DNA of 64,000 nucleotides from Octopus vulgaris. Taxonomy: Eukaryota. Shown piece after piece: positions 52,122-64,000 of this stretch. A program made the translations under genes and the position numbers. Position 1 is the stretch's first letter, and each line of letters opens with the position of its first letter. Below the pieces are notes generated by a model. That model saw only the letters and a program-made list of their open reading frames with translations. It was not told where the DNA came from and ran no database searches. Location of the stretch: contig OX597824.1 of assembly GCA_951406725.2 (NCBI GenBank), positions 45,756,001 to 45,820,000 of the forward strand, written 5' to 3'.

Positions 52122-53140
52122 ACAAGGGTTGGACAAAATAATGGAAACACCTTAAAATTTCAAACAAATTTATTTTAATATGGAGTAGGACCACCTTTGG
52201 CAGTAATTACAGCTTGAATTCTGTGAGGTATGGACTCGTACAAAGTTTGAATTGTTTCCAAAGGAATTTTTGCCCATTCTTCAGCTAAAACAGTCTCCAG
52301 TTCTTATAGTGATTATGACGGAGGATATTGACTCCTTTCTTGTTTTCCTAAAATGCTCCATAAATGTTCAATAATATTAAGATCTGGGGACTGTGGTGGC
52401 CAGATAAGATGTTCAACTTCACTAGAATGTTCCTCATGCCATTCAGTAACAACTTTAGCTGTGCAAATTGGTGCATTATCATCATGAAATATTGCGTTTC
52501 CCTCCAGAAACAGTTCCACAACCATAAGATGAATTTGATCAGATAAAATGCTTAGTCTTGACTGTTAATTCTGCCATGAAGGGAAACCATTGGGCCGGTG
52601 GATTTCCAAGATATAGCCCCCTGGATCATCACAGATGCTCCTCCATGTTTAACAGTTGGAAGAAGGCAGTGTGGATCAAATGCTTCTCTTGTCTATCTTC
52701 ACATGTATACTCAGCTGGTGGTCGGAAATAAGGTAAAGGATGACTTGTCCAAGAAAATAACATTCTTCCACTGCTCTAGGGACCAATTCTGTAGGTTTTT
52801 ACTCTACTCTAAATGGTTTGCAACGTTTGTTTTTGAAAGTAGTGGTTTTCTGATTACAGCCCTCCCATGAAATCTGGCTTTGTGCAGCTCCCAGTGAACA
52901 GTTTTTGTGAAAACTGGATTCTCGAGGTGGTCATTAAACTCTGCAGAAATTTTGGGAGCTGTACTTTTGTGATCCTTTTTAACAATGTGCGTAAGAGTCC
53001 AATGGTCTCTATCTGAAAGTTTTGGTATTCTTCTGGAGTTTTATTTCGACAAGGAGGTTTTTCCCTCTTTCTCACAGGTTGTCATTACTTTCGAGACAGT
53101 ACTTCTTGATACACCAAACATTTTGGCTGTTTTTGGAAGA
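52122..53140 (-). mobile_element. Decayed Tc1 (DD34E-type) transposon
   Basis: TA then TIR CAAGGGTTGGACAAAATAATGGAAACACC; motifs VIFLDKSSF, FHDDNAPI, WPPQSPDLNIIEHLW. Confidence 0.92.
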
Positions 53141-53308
53141 GTATAAAAAACTGCACCCCTCAGCCAAGCCATGTCAAGCTAGAGTGGCATCAAACCAGTA
53201 TGATCTTAAGCTCAAATTCATGGCTTCCAGATCAGACAGTAGTTGGTGGAGAGAACATGCTGAGGTTCCCATCATGCAGTGGACTGAATGTAGACAATCC
53301 AAATTAAT

Positions 53309-53346
<38 letters not shown>

Positions 53347-53406
53347 TTATTAGAAAATTGAAGAAATGGAGTTGAACGAAGATTGAACAGAATTCCTTTT
53401 ATTGCA

Positions 53407-53486
53407 TTCTACACATGTTTCAAAAGCCACAATTTTCCAAATTCTGATTAAATAAGGATACCATATTGTGGCTTTCTCTTCAGGAA
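53407..53486 (-). ncRNA. Type I hammerhead ribozyme motif with intact core (element 53343-53585 between (TA)n tracts)
   Basis: Minus strand: UUC-CUGAAGA-GAAAGCCACAAU-(31 nt)-AUUGUGGCUUUU-GAAAC-AUGU-GUA-GAA; 12-bp stem II, GUA cleavage triplet. Confidence 0.8.
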
Positions 53487-53581
53487 AACCGTGCTTTCTT
53501 CTGCTGTGATTTTTGCTACCAAGGTATCGGTTAAACTTTTGATTAATCTGCAACAAGATTATTCATCTTTCTATTTTACCA

Positions 53582-53675
<94 letters not shown>

Positions 53676-53680
53676 GGGGG

Positions 53681-53862
53681 GGGGGGAATGGCCCAGTGGT
53701 TAGGGCAGCGGACTCCCGGTCGTAGGATCGTGGTTTCGATTCCCAGACTCTTTCTTCTCTTGGCCTGCTCACTTAGCCGGCGGGGTGGCGTCATTTGAAG
53801 GCTAAACAATGTGAAACGCATTGTGACCAGCGATGTGTAGCAACATCGGATAGTCTGGTTGA
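53681..53862 (+). mobile_element. Internally deleted tRNA-derived SINE, third family
   Basis: TGGCCCAGTGG A-box, GGTTTCGATTCCC B-box, non-tRNA body, (TA)n flanks. Confidence 0.7.
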
Positions 53863-54109
53863 TATATATATATATATATATTGGTTTCAAATTTTGGCTC
53901 AAGACCAGTAAATTTTTGGGGAGGGAGTAAATTAATTATATCGACCCTAGTACTTATTTTATTGACCTCAAAAGGATGAAAGGCAAAGTTTACTTCTGTG
54001 GAATTTGAATTAAGAATGTTAAGACAGATGAAATGCCACTAAGCATATTTTACCTGGTGTGCTACTAATTCTGCCCTATATACATGCATATATATATACA
54101 TATATATAT

Positions 54110-54340
54110 ATTTGTTTTCCTGTTCAGTTATAATAAAAACGATTTTACATTAACCTAATAGGTTACTCTATACTTTTGTAGAGTATAAATTTATTAATTG
54201 TAAACAAGAATGTTTTTGACAGTGACTTCGAAGTTTTGGCCAGCTAAGCCATTGTCAGACTACCTTTAGTTTATCTGGGAGTCCAGCAATGGCTTAGCTG
54301 GTCGAAACTTCAAAGTCACAATCGAAAGCATTCTTGTTTA
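54110..54340 (-). mobile_element. Family C element with an inverted pair of hammerhead motifs
   Basis: IR arms 54201-54261 and 54280-54340. Minus arm AGU-CUGACAA-U-GGC-UUAGCUG-GCC-AAAAC-UUCGAA-GUC-ACU; plus arm AGU-CCAGCAA-U-GGC-UUAGCUG-GUC-GAAAC-UUCAAA-GUC-ACA. Confidence 0.75.
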
Positions 54341-54737
54341 AGTGTAATATATATATATCTGCTACGACCTAACTACTGAGCCTTCACAAAAGTAGAAGAG
54401 AGAGAGACAGAAAAAAGGAAAATGTCCCAAGTATGGAAATATTAAAAAAAAACATTTCATTTAATTTTTCCACAATTTAATTGTTTTTTATACTTTACTC
54501 TAAGTTGAAAAAGTCGCAAATACTGAAAGTAGTACTAAGATGTTCTTCATGATAAAATTATTTTAGCATTTTCTACCTTGTCTTAATCTCCTTGTACACA
54601 CACAGACACACAAACACATACATGACAGGCATCCACAGTTTTCATCTAGTGTCTTCTACTATAACCCAGGGCTACAATAGAAGACACTTGCCGAAGGTGC
54701 TGTGGGGGAGTGGGGGGGGGGGCTGAACCCAAAACCA

Positions 54738-55965
54738 CATCATCATCATCGTTTAATGTCCGTTTTCCATGCTAGCATGGGTTGGACGGTTTGACAGGGG
54801 TCTGGGAAGCCAGGAGGCTGCACCAGGCTCCAGTCTGATCTGGCAGTGTTTCTACAGCTGGATGCCCTTCCTAATGCCAACCACTCCGTGAGTGTAGTGG
54901 GTGCTTTTTACGTGCCACTGGCACAGAAGCCAGCTAAGGCAGTGCTGGCATCAGTCACGTTCGGATGGTGCTTTTTACATGCCACCGGCATGGGTATCAC
55001 AACTATAATTTCCATTTGATTTTTATTTTGATGTTGATGTACTTGACTCAATAGGTCTCCTCAATCACAGCAGGTCGCCCCACGATCCAAGGTAAGCACA
55101 GCAAACTGTCCTGCGATCCAAGGTACTTTGAATGGGCTGGTTGTGTGAAGCTGGTGTAGGATACAGTCATGAACTCACTTTATATGTCGGGTCTTCGCAG
55201 TCACAGCATATCTTCAGAGGTCTCGGTCTTTCCTCATTGCCTATGTGAGGCCCAACGTTCGAAGGTCGTGCTTCACCACCTCATCCCGTGTCTTCCTGGG
55301 TCTACCTCTACCCTGGATTCCTTCAACTGTTTGGGAGTGGCACTTCTTCACACATCTCTCCTCATCCATCCATGTTACATGACCATACCAGCACAAATGT
55401 CTCTCTTGCATGCTACATCCGATGGTTCTCATGTCCAACATTTCTCTCAGGGCACTTACATTCTGTCGTGTGTGCACACTGACATTACTCATGTTAGCTT
55501 CATTTCTTTCAAGCCTAGGCATGTCCTCCGCAGTCACAGCCCATGTTTCACTGCCATGAAGCATGGAAGTTCGCCCACATGCGTCATACAATCTACCTTT
55601 CACTCTGAGCGAGAGACCCTTTGTCACCAGCAGGGGTAGAAGCTTTCTAAACTTTGCCCAGGCTATTCTTATTCTAGTGGTAACACTCTCTGAGCATCCA
55701 CTCCCACTACTAACTTGGTCACCTAAGTAGCGGAAGCTGTCAACTACTTCTAGTTTCTTCCCCTGGAGTGTGATGGAATCTGTGGTGTCTATTGCCCCTG
55801 TCGCACATGAAAGCTATCTTCTTGGTTAATTTTCCTTTGATGTTGCTGCACCTCTTATGCTTACACTGGGTACATCTTATGGAGCTTCTACCTACACCTT
55901 TTCTACAGATCGAACAGGGCCACCTACCTGAGGGTGTGTGTGATGAGTTTGCCTTCCTACGGCAC
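54738..55965 (-). mobile_element. 5'-truncated RTE LINE (ORF C-terminus, 3' UTR, (ATG)n tail)
   Basis: WPCSICRKGVGRSSIRCTQC; LHGSETWAVTAEDMPRLERNE; WYGHVTWM; GRGRPRKT; continuous with the abundant RTE tail. Confidence 0.93.
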
Positions 55966-56784
55966 ATACCCACACTTGTACTAATATTCACAATTCATAG
56001 TAATTTCTAACATAATCACACATTTTGGAAGAATTAACCCTTGATTAATTTGAACCCAGTATTTGACTGACCCTTTAGTTTATCTGGCAGAACAATGAAT
56101 GGTTAAGTTGACTGTAACTAAGTACTACAAGCAATTTTATATAATGTTTGTATCATCAACAATACTCCTACACTTTTTTCCTTGAGAGGATGAAAATAAA
56201 TGACCTACAACACTTTATCTAGAACCACATTCATACCCACCATTCTTCAACAATAAGCCAGTATTTTATTATTCAGAAAGCCATGATTGTTTGTTTTTCC
56301 AACACACACACACACACACACACATATATAGCAAACAATACTTAAAGTATTTAATCACTATGGAAAGCAAGATTCTATTTATTAATGAAGAAAATAAAAT
56401 CATGAGAGAGAGAGAGAGCCAGGGAAGATAGAAAATGGCTTAACTGTTCTAAATTAGGTAAACAATTGCAAAAGCTGTTTATTTGTTTATCAAGTTGAAT
56501 TCATTAATCTTATTGACAATTTCAGATAAATCCTCTTAAGCAGTAAATTCCAGAATTTGCATGGTAAATATTTCTTCAGGCCATCATTTCCAAGTGTTTG
56601 GAGAGACACTGTTTCAGTTGTAATAGTTTTACGTTATTTCAAAATCATTTTTTGTTCTTCAATATCCTGCAATTTCACTCAATCCATGCCATCTTGTCCA
56701 TGCAGCTCAACACCCTTAGATTTGACCAAATATTTCTTCTCATGTTTTGGTCTTTTCCTGACCAAGGTCCTACTGCTTCCCCAA

Positions 56785-57020
56785 GTCTTGGACTTCTCCA
56801 GATATAAGGATCTCCTTATGTCTTGGTCTTTTTGCAATAGAAATCTGCCGTTTTCTTAAGTCTTAGTCTTCTGTGATATGGAGATCCGCAACTTCCTTGT
56901 CTTAGTCTTGAAAGATTGGGGACCTGTCATCTCTTTATGTCTTGATCTTCTTGTGACAGAGAACCCGTAACATTCTTAAGTCTTGTTTTTTTTTTCTTTT
57001 TTTTTTGACTTGAGGATCTA
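56785..57020. repeat. Degenerate ~40-bp minisatellite
   Basis: About six units anchored on GTCTT(G/A)GTCTT...GATC...CTT. Confidence 0.7.
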
Positions 57021-60000
57021 AAACTGTCAGTGTCTAGTCCTTTGTTATAAAGTAATCAAAACAAGAACAATTGAAGTGAGACAAACAAAAAGCCTCTATA
57101 TGTTCATTTGGCCTGCTAGAGATAGCAGACAAATCATCCTTCTTCCCCATTACATGCTCCTATTTTGAAAAAAATGAAGAAGGACACATTGAAAAATGTA
57201 GCTCTAGGTACACTAAGTCTGAAGAAAAACTGAGTGGGTTATAATTGGAATACTTCTAATTATAAACACAGCTCAGTCAAGGCTGAACTAGGTTAAACAG
57301 CAACAAAAGATTATCTACGACTAGATTTGAATAAAGAATAGTTAATACAATAATTCACCTACTTCACTGAGTTCCTACAGTTAAGCATAAAACTTCAGTG
57401 ATATTTCTCAAGAAGATTAACAATATAAGTGGAATGACAAGAAAAATTCAAACTCAGTCACATACTCTTCTCACAAAGAATGTGACTTCACTCTAAACTG
57501 CTCTACTAGCTTAAATGGAGCACTATTGAAGACCTGGACTTTATATAGCTAATTTGAGGAAAGAATCCACCAAAGTGGTTTTCAATTTCTTTATTCAGAC
57601 CAACATAAGAACTAGATCTCAGCTCCTTGTCAAGCTATTGTTAATTATACCACACTGAATGTATAATAATCCTTTCTACTATAGATACAAGGCCTGTTAT
57701 TGTATATAGTGCCCAGGTGTACTACAAATCATCAGGAAATGGGGACAGAAAGCTGCAATAGGTCAAGTAAAGAAAGACAGCAATGAGGGTTGATAGTACA
57801 TGTGCAGAACACAGGATAAATCACAAAAAAGCAGAAAAGTGAACAATGAAACAGCCACAAAGAAGGAAGGGTGCATAGGCACTTCAGGAATAGTGTTAGA
57901 AAATTTGGGGAAGCTTGGAATTTTTGAAGAATACAACAGCCTAACAGCTAACAACCAACGAGAGTAGTTTATTTCATGCTTCAACATGATATTTACAACT
58001 GTGAAATTAGCCATGGAAACAGAGCAGATGGATAACAGAATATTGCTTTCAAATTTTGGCACAATGCCAGCAATTTCAGGGGTGAAGGTAAGTCAATTAC
58101 ATTGACCCCAGTATTTGACTGGTACTTATTTTATTGACCCTGAAAGGATGAAAGGTAAAGTCAACCTTGGCAGAATTTGAATTTAGAACATAAAAATGAA
58201 ATGCTGCTAAGCATTTAGTCCAGAGTGCTAACAACTCTGCCTGTTCACTACCTTGTGGTAACAGAATATTAAACTGCTAACCAATATAACTATTTTTTTT
58301 TCAGTATCTTCTTGTCTTGGTTATCCATGTTCTAACATTCCATGCCTGCCTATTATTGATACCAAATACAATGAAAAATTAAGAGGCAGTGTATTTTCCA
58401 AAAGAATTATGAAGACATTTAACAGGTCGCTTTTACAATATTGTTCACAAATTTCTTAAAGATAACTTAGTGAGAAAGCCTTCAAACTTTTGTATCGAAG
58501 GTTCAAGCATGGCTGCTTCATTAAGAATTTTGCTTTGGAACCAGGTGGTTTTAGGCTCTGTCTCACTGTATAGCACCTTCAATTAGTACCTTTGACTATA
58601 GCCAACGACTAATCAATGTTTTTTAAGTGAATTCAATGGAGGGAAAACTGTAAGAAGCACATTGTGTGTGTGTATTTGTTTTTAAATATGCATGAACATG
58701 ATATTCCATTCTTGTCATCACTTGATGAAAACAAGGATAATGCTGACATTATGACTGATCGCTCTAAGGTGGCAAGCTAACAGAATCATTAGAGCACCAG
58801 ATAAAACGCTTAGCAGCATTTCATCCATCTTAATGTTCTGAGTTCAAATTTCACTGAGGTTAGCTTTACCTTTCAGAGTCAATGAAATAAGTACCAGTTG
58901 AGTACTGCAGTCAATGCAATTGACAAGCCCACTTCCAAAATTTCAGGCCTTGTGCCTATAGTAGAAAGGATTATGACTGGATTGCTCTGCATCTTCAAAG
59001 AAATCTACAATAAAAAAAAATCCCTTACTTGAAAAACAGGTAAAGGTTGGAGACAGGAAAAAGTATCTAGTTCTAAATTCTGTCCCAACTAATTACTAGT
59101 CAAAGCCATTAAAGCATTGGAAAACATGTTAAATGAATGCGGAAATTCTCATATCTCTTTTTTAGTAGCTTATTCAGTTTGGGCCATAATTTGCATCTTT
59201 GCAGTGTCTGTGGGTAGAGTAAACTAGAGTGACTTCCTGTTACCTTCTTTGAGAAGAGGAAATAAAAGTTATAGCACTCATTCCCTTATGAGCGTCATCT
59301 CTAACTGAAATAGTAACAAATGCAAACTGATAACAGATTTATGTAGTTTGTCAGGACCATATCTTAAAATTTGTAGCTCACTTTTAATGTTACAGAGAGT
59401 ATCTATCTAGCCTTGCTTTAGAGGTCACCTATAATACAAAAGATGGCATCCATCCAGCCTCCATAACCACAGAAGCCAGCACAACAAGATAATGAAATGC
59501 TCGTCAATTGAAACTGAACAAAGGAGCCTCTAATTGATTATCTGACCTGCTAGAAATATCAACAAAATTTCCATCAAATGAACAAAAAGAGAAGGGCATA
59601 TTAAATAATTTAGTCCTGGATATCCTTAGACTGACAGCAAAGGTCACAGCTGTAATGTTTTTGACCATAGGTTTACTCAATCAGGACTGACTAAAGCTAA
59701 ACAAAAATATTTGCCACTATTGCAAGCCATATTGAACTGCACTTACCTATCTGCTTCTATTCACTGGGGTTAGTAACACAGAAACACTATGGTAGGTTCA
59801 AATGCCTGACATGCATAACTCAGCTTAAGCACTTAGCCTTATCTTTAATCATTGTTGTTTCACAACTAAAGACTAGATTTTGTATCACATTTCCTGGCAA
59901 TGGAATGTACTAACCTCTTTCCAGGCTGTCATCCACTTGCTGTGAAGGTCTCATAGGGTAAAACAGTCTTTTATTCCTTATGCTGGAATATTGATGGGGT

Positions 60001-60523
60001 ATTAACACTATCTCAATCAACCAAATTAAGGAGCCTTCAACATGCTAGAACAAGCAACCAAATACCTCCTAAATCACACTCTCATAACACAATATATCAT
60101 CATCATCATTTAATGCCATTTTTCCATGCTGGCATGGGTTTGATAGAAGCTGGCCAGCTGAAGGGCTGTTCAGGTTCCATGTCTGTTTTGGCATGGTTTC
60201 TACAGCTGGATGCCCTTCCTAACACTTTAGAGTGTACTGGGTACTTTTTATATGGCACCAGCACCTAAGAGCCTGGAAGATTAGAGATGCTCAGCTGAGG
60301 GTTGCAAAGGATGAGCCTGTATGCAAGGGCAACCATGCTTTTACTTAGTTTATCATGTCTTTTCAAACACAGCAAACTGCCATGAGTCTCAGTCCTGTCA
60401 TCCCCTCTGTGTGTCCCAACATCTGTAGATCCTTTAATCCTACCATCATAAAAAAAAGACACAATGGACTATATAATCTTGATATATAAAACTCAATGTA
60501 TGTATTACATGTATATTCTAGAC

Positions 60524-60769
60524 CAGTGGCTCTCAATCACTTTTTATCTATGGACCCCTTTGATTCCTATTTTATTCTACTGGACCCCCATAGCCATTTT
60601 ATGTTTAAATAAAATCCCATTATATTTTCATAACTTAATATTATTAGGAATTGTATATAAAAATTTTTTTAATATTTTGTATATTGTAGAAGTGCAAGCA
60701 ATTTATTGCAGATAAATTTTAACAACAAAATCTTGTATGGATCCCCAAGGGACATACGGAGAACTACTG
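60524..60769. mobile_element. hAT (Charlie/MER5-like) MITE
   Basis: TIRs CAGTGGCTCTC / GAGAACTACTG; 8-bp TSD TTCTAGAC (60516-60523) / TTTTAGAC (60770-60777). Confidence 0.85.
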
Positions 60770-61074
60770 TTTTAGACTGTAGGCCATAGATTTGCACCTA
60801 GATCAATGAATATTTGTAAAAAAGCACTTTTCAATAAGAAAATAATACTGTATTTGACTTTTTCTATTACTTCAAATAAAAAGCAGCCAGACAGGGCACT
60901 ATTGCTACTAATCCTAGATATACAATAAAGATGGAGTGGCCATGAGTGGAATGCTTTTGATCACAGATCTATTTGATTCTGGCTAACCAACAATTGTGAT
61001 GGTAAGAAAAATTTTAGAAGAAAAAAATTAAAAAATCGATGAGAAATAAATAAAATGAGATAAAGAATGATATT

Positions 61075-63029
61075 CTGAAAATCATACACTTTTATTGCTT
61101 CAGATGCAAAAAGTCATAGTTGGTTTTTATAAACATTTACCGAAATATTTCACCCCCAACAGAGATAGTTGTCTATTGAATTACTATCATTATCATACTG
61201 GACATTGGAGTAAAACTAAAGATTTGGTCTTTCTTGAGTGATTCCAAAGAAACTACAAAGGAGTATGTAGTTTCTTATTTCATTCTCTGGGCCTGTGGAA
61301 GGATTTAAAGCATAAACATTGTCGGTTAATGACACTTTCATTAATCTCAGCAGTAAACCATTTTTATTGTTTTATGTTTACCTAGGTAGACTGTGTCATT
61401 GAAAGTTGAGTGTCTTCCCCAAGAATTCAGTGCACACTGATGAAATATAAACTATCATTTGGCCAACAAACTGGCACAAATAAATGCAACACTAACTTCA
61501 TTTTGTTTTTGATAACTTGTCATTCACACAACAGAAATACAAATGAATATATGATTTCATTCATTCATATAGAACAGAACAAATTTATTTTTCACTGTGC
61601 ATATTCCTTTTTTATTTACATATAAAATTACTCCATGTTAAGTATGAGTTGGAAAATTATTAAAATGTTCCCATTAGCATTTAGTATAAAGTTCTGTAGC
61701 AGAAGCTCTCTTTCTATGGTCCAGCCACAATCACAAACTAGATTGCTTCTCAATTAAAAAAAAGGGAGCTATTTTACTAGTTTGATGAACACTGAACAAA
61801 TTTCACAAATTAAAAAAAAAATAAATAAAACAAAGGTAGTCAGCCATTAATCACTGTTGATCTCTGCAATGACGCACGAGGACATTATACAAATAAGATA
61901 CGGATAAGCAAAGTTGGAGCATAAATTTGTCATTATCTATAAGATAATAAATTCATTAGCCTTCCAATCACCAAATTTTTTCTTTATTAATCGTCTTTTG
62001 AGGTCTGTTTTTTTTCACATCAAGTTCTGTAAAGCTTTCTTCAATCAATACTTAACATTTTCCAAATGTTAGGACTTGACTGAGTGATTCTGAAAGTCTT
62101 CAATCAAACACTAACATCATCCCAACCACACTCACAACTAAAATGACATAACATTAGCATCTGTACTTGTGTTGCATCATCTGGCCTCCTGACAAGAAGA
62201 GTAATGTTTAATGCAGACAGCACAAAAGCATAGTGCTGTACCACAATGTAAAAATTGTAACACTTGTGATAGAAGTAAAGGGGTTTATAAAGGGTCAGTA
62301 TCTAACAATTCAGTAACAGAATTTTTTTTTAAATAAGAAATTCCCTAAACAGAAACAATTTTATCAGTTTTTGTTTTCTTTTGTAGGTTTTAAATATTTC
62401 CCCCCCATTTTAAAAAAAATCTGAACAAAACAGGAAAAAAATTTCAGTTTTACTAGAAGCAAAGGTTTAAAAAATATATTGTTAATTGCAACAAAATAAT
62501 GAGAAAAAAAATACAGGTTAAATTGAAGGAAACAGATTGAAATTTAATTAAAATATATAAATGGCATTTCATAACGACAGAAGAGAAGCAACAAGAAAAT
62601 ATTTGGTTTTGAAAATAAGGTGAAAAAATTAAACAAGGGTATTTAAGATGTAGAATGAAATGCTTTTGACTATTATTATCTCTTCTTTTGTTATTTTTGT
62701 GTAAGTAGCATGTCATGTTGCGAGAAATATCTTAAGGAAATGGATTCTAGAAACTTAAAAGATGTATCTAGTGATAAACGAAGAGCACATGTTTAAGAGT
62801 TTATTTTTATATATGTGAGTGTGTGCTTATATGCATGTGTGTGTATGAATACATGCCAGTATTTATGTCTTTAATGTATGTATGCTTTTATATGGATATA
62901 TGTTTAGCTATGAGCCTTTATATGTATAAGTGTTACTTTGTGTATCTCTAGTCATATTTAAAAGCATGTGTGTGAGTGTATATGTGCATGCGTTCCCACT
63001 CAAAACATCCAGAAAATATATCAAAGCCT
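61075..63029 (-). other. Putative ~2-kb 3' UTR of the YIF1 gene
   Basis: TE-poor AT-rich sequence directly after the stop codon; minus-strand AATAAA at 61091-61096 followed by a U-rich tract; other AATAAA candidates near 61363, 61583, 61611, 61983. Confidence 0.5.
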
Positions 63030-63182
63030 TCAGTGGGGAAATATGATATGGTATGTTAGCCATCCCATCAATATAGGTTGCAACAGAGATATGGAAAGAA
63101 TGAAGTAAAGGCTGCGTTTGCTTCCTCGGGTAAATCCATCAGAGTCTGCATGCGGCAGGATCTGGATCCTCAAAGTTTTCAC
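63030..63182 (-). CDS. YIF1B: Terminal coding exon of a YIF1 (Yip1-interacting factor, ER-Golgi membrane protein) orthologue
   Basis: Acceptor ttctctttctatttacag|GTG at 63183-63184, phase 0, encoding VKTLRIQILPHADSDGFTRGSKRSLYFILSISLLQPILMGWLTYHIIFPH*. This matches the YIF1A/B C-terminal pattern (RTL.L.IL...R.Y......QP..M.WLT.H) recalled from known proteins. Upstream exons lie beyond 64000. Confidence 0.88.
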   Translation of the reverse strand: MKTLRIQILPHADSDGFTRGSKRSLYFILSISLLQPILMGWLTYHIIFPH

Positions 63183-63439
63183 CTGTAAATAGAAAGAGAA
63201 AGAGACAATGTCAAATGTGTTGTCAATTCAATCTCACTAAACACAACACATTTTCAGTGTCTCATAAGATGTCTGCCTTCATCAAAGATCCAGTATTTTT
63301 CCTACATTTTCAAGTGTGTCTTTGTGGTAAGAAGTTTGTTTCCCAACTACATGGTTCTGAGATCAATCCTAATGTGTGGCATCTTGGGTTTTATGAGTGG
63401 ATTTGATAGACAGAAATTGAAAGAAGCCTGTCATATATA

Positions 63440-64000
63440 TCATCATCATCATTTAACGTCTGCTTTCCATACTAGCATGGGTTGGATGATTTGACTGAGG
63501 ACTAACAAACCAGATGGCTGCACCAGGCTCCAATCTGATCTGGCAGAGTTTCTACAGCTGGATGCCCTTCCTACTGCCAACCACTCCAAGAGTGTAGTGG
63601 GTGCTTTTACATGCCACCAGCACAAGGGCCAGTCAGGCGGTACTGGCAAGGCCACGCTCAAGTAGTGGTTTTTATGTGCCACCTGCACAGGAGCCAGTCC
63701 AGAGGCATTGGCAACGACCTCACTCGAATGTTTTTCACATGCCCTGAGCACAAGTGCCAGTAAGGTGACACTGGTAACAATCACATTTGAATGGTGCTTT
63801 TTATGTGCCACCAGCACAGAAGCTATTCAGCTACTCTGGCAGTGATCACACTCAGATGGTGCTCTTAGCGCACCACTGGCACAGGGGCCAGTCATTGAAT
63901 TTGCAAATTTGATTTGATTTGCCTCAACAGGTCTTCGCAAGCAGAGTTTAGAGTCCAATGAAGGAAAGGTATGCATAAGTGGGCTGGTTACACCCCTGGC
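63440..64000 (-). mobile_element. RTE 3' end inside the last YIF1 intron
   Basis: (CAT)n tail then the reverse RTE 3' UTR with internal repeats. Confidence 0.85.

Noticed and set aside
53681-53750. tRNA gene
   Set aside because: A and B boxes are present but there is no complete acceptor stem and it continues into a repeat body, so it is a SINE head.
59741-59805. Minus-strand AG|GTAAGT donor with an upstream AG (possible small exon)
   Set aside because: Poor polypyrimidine tract and no coding signal; such motifs are expected by chance.

Overview
AT-rich, repeat-dense animal genomic DNA. The tRNA-SINE, RTE and microsatellite make-up suggests an octopus or other coleoid cephalopod (inference). 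Nearly all ORFs in the supplied track are microsatellite or transposon artefacts. The only host-gene coding sequence I can support is the last exon of a YIF1 (YIF1A/B) orthologue on the minus strand (63030-63182; absent from the ORF track), followed by a repeat-poor putative 3' UTR of about 2 kb. The rest is a nested transposon graveyard: a fairly young 5'-truncated CR1-group LINE, RTE, L1/Tx1 and Jockey/CR1-like relics, two mariners, a Tc1, piggyBac- and hAT-type MITEs, a Helitron-like end and dozens of tRNA-SINEs. The most notable hidden signal is about ten type-I hammerhead-ribozyme motifs, found by eye, in at least four short repeat families. They have the Penelope-type minimal palindromic stem III; several have unusually long stem II inserts. 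They lie in or beside (TA)n tracts, are often accompanied by inverted duplications, and one is fused behind a tRNA-like Pol III head. There are also two ~190-200 bp palindromes and two local templated DNA insertions. Repeat boundaries are approximate and no ribozyme activity is demonstrated.
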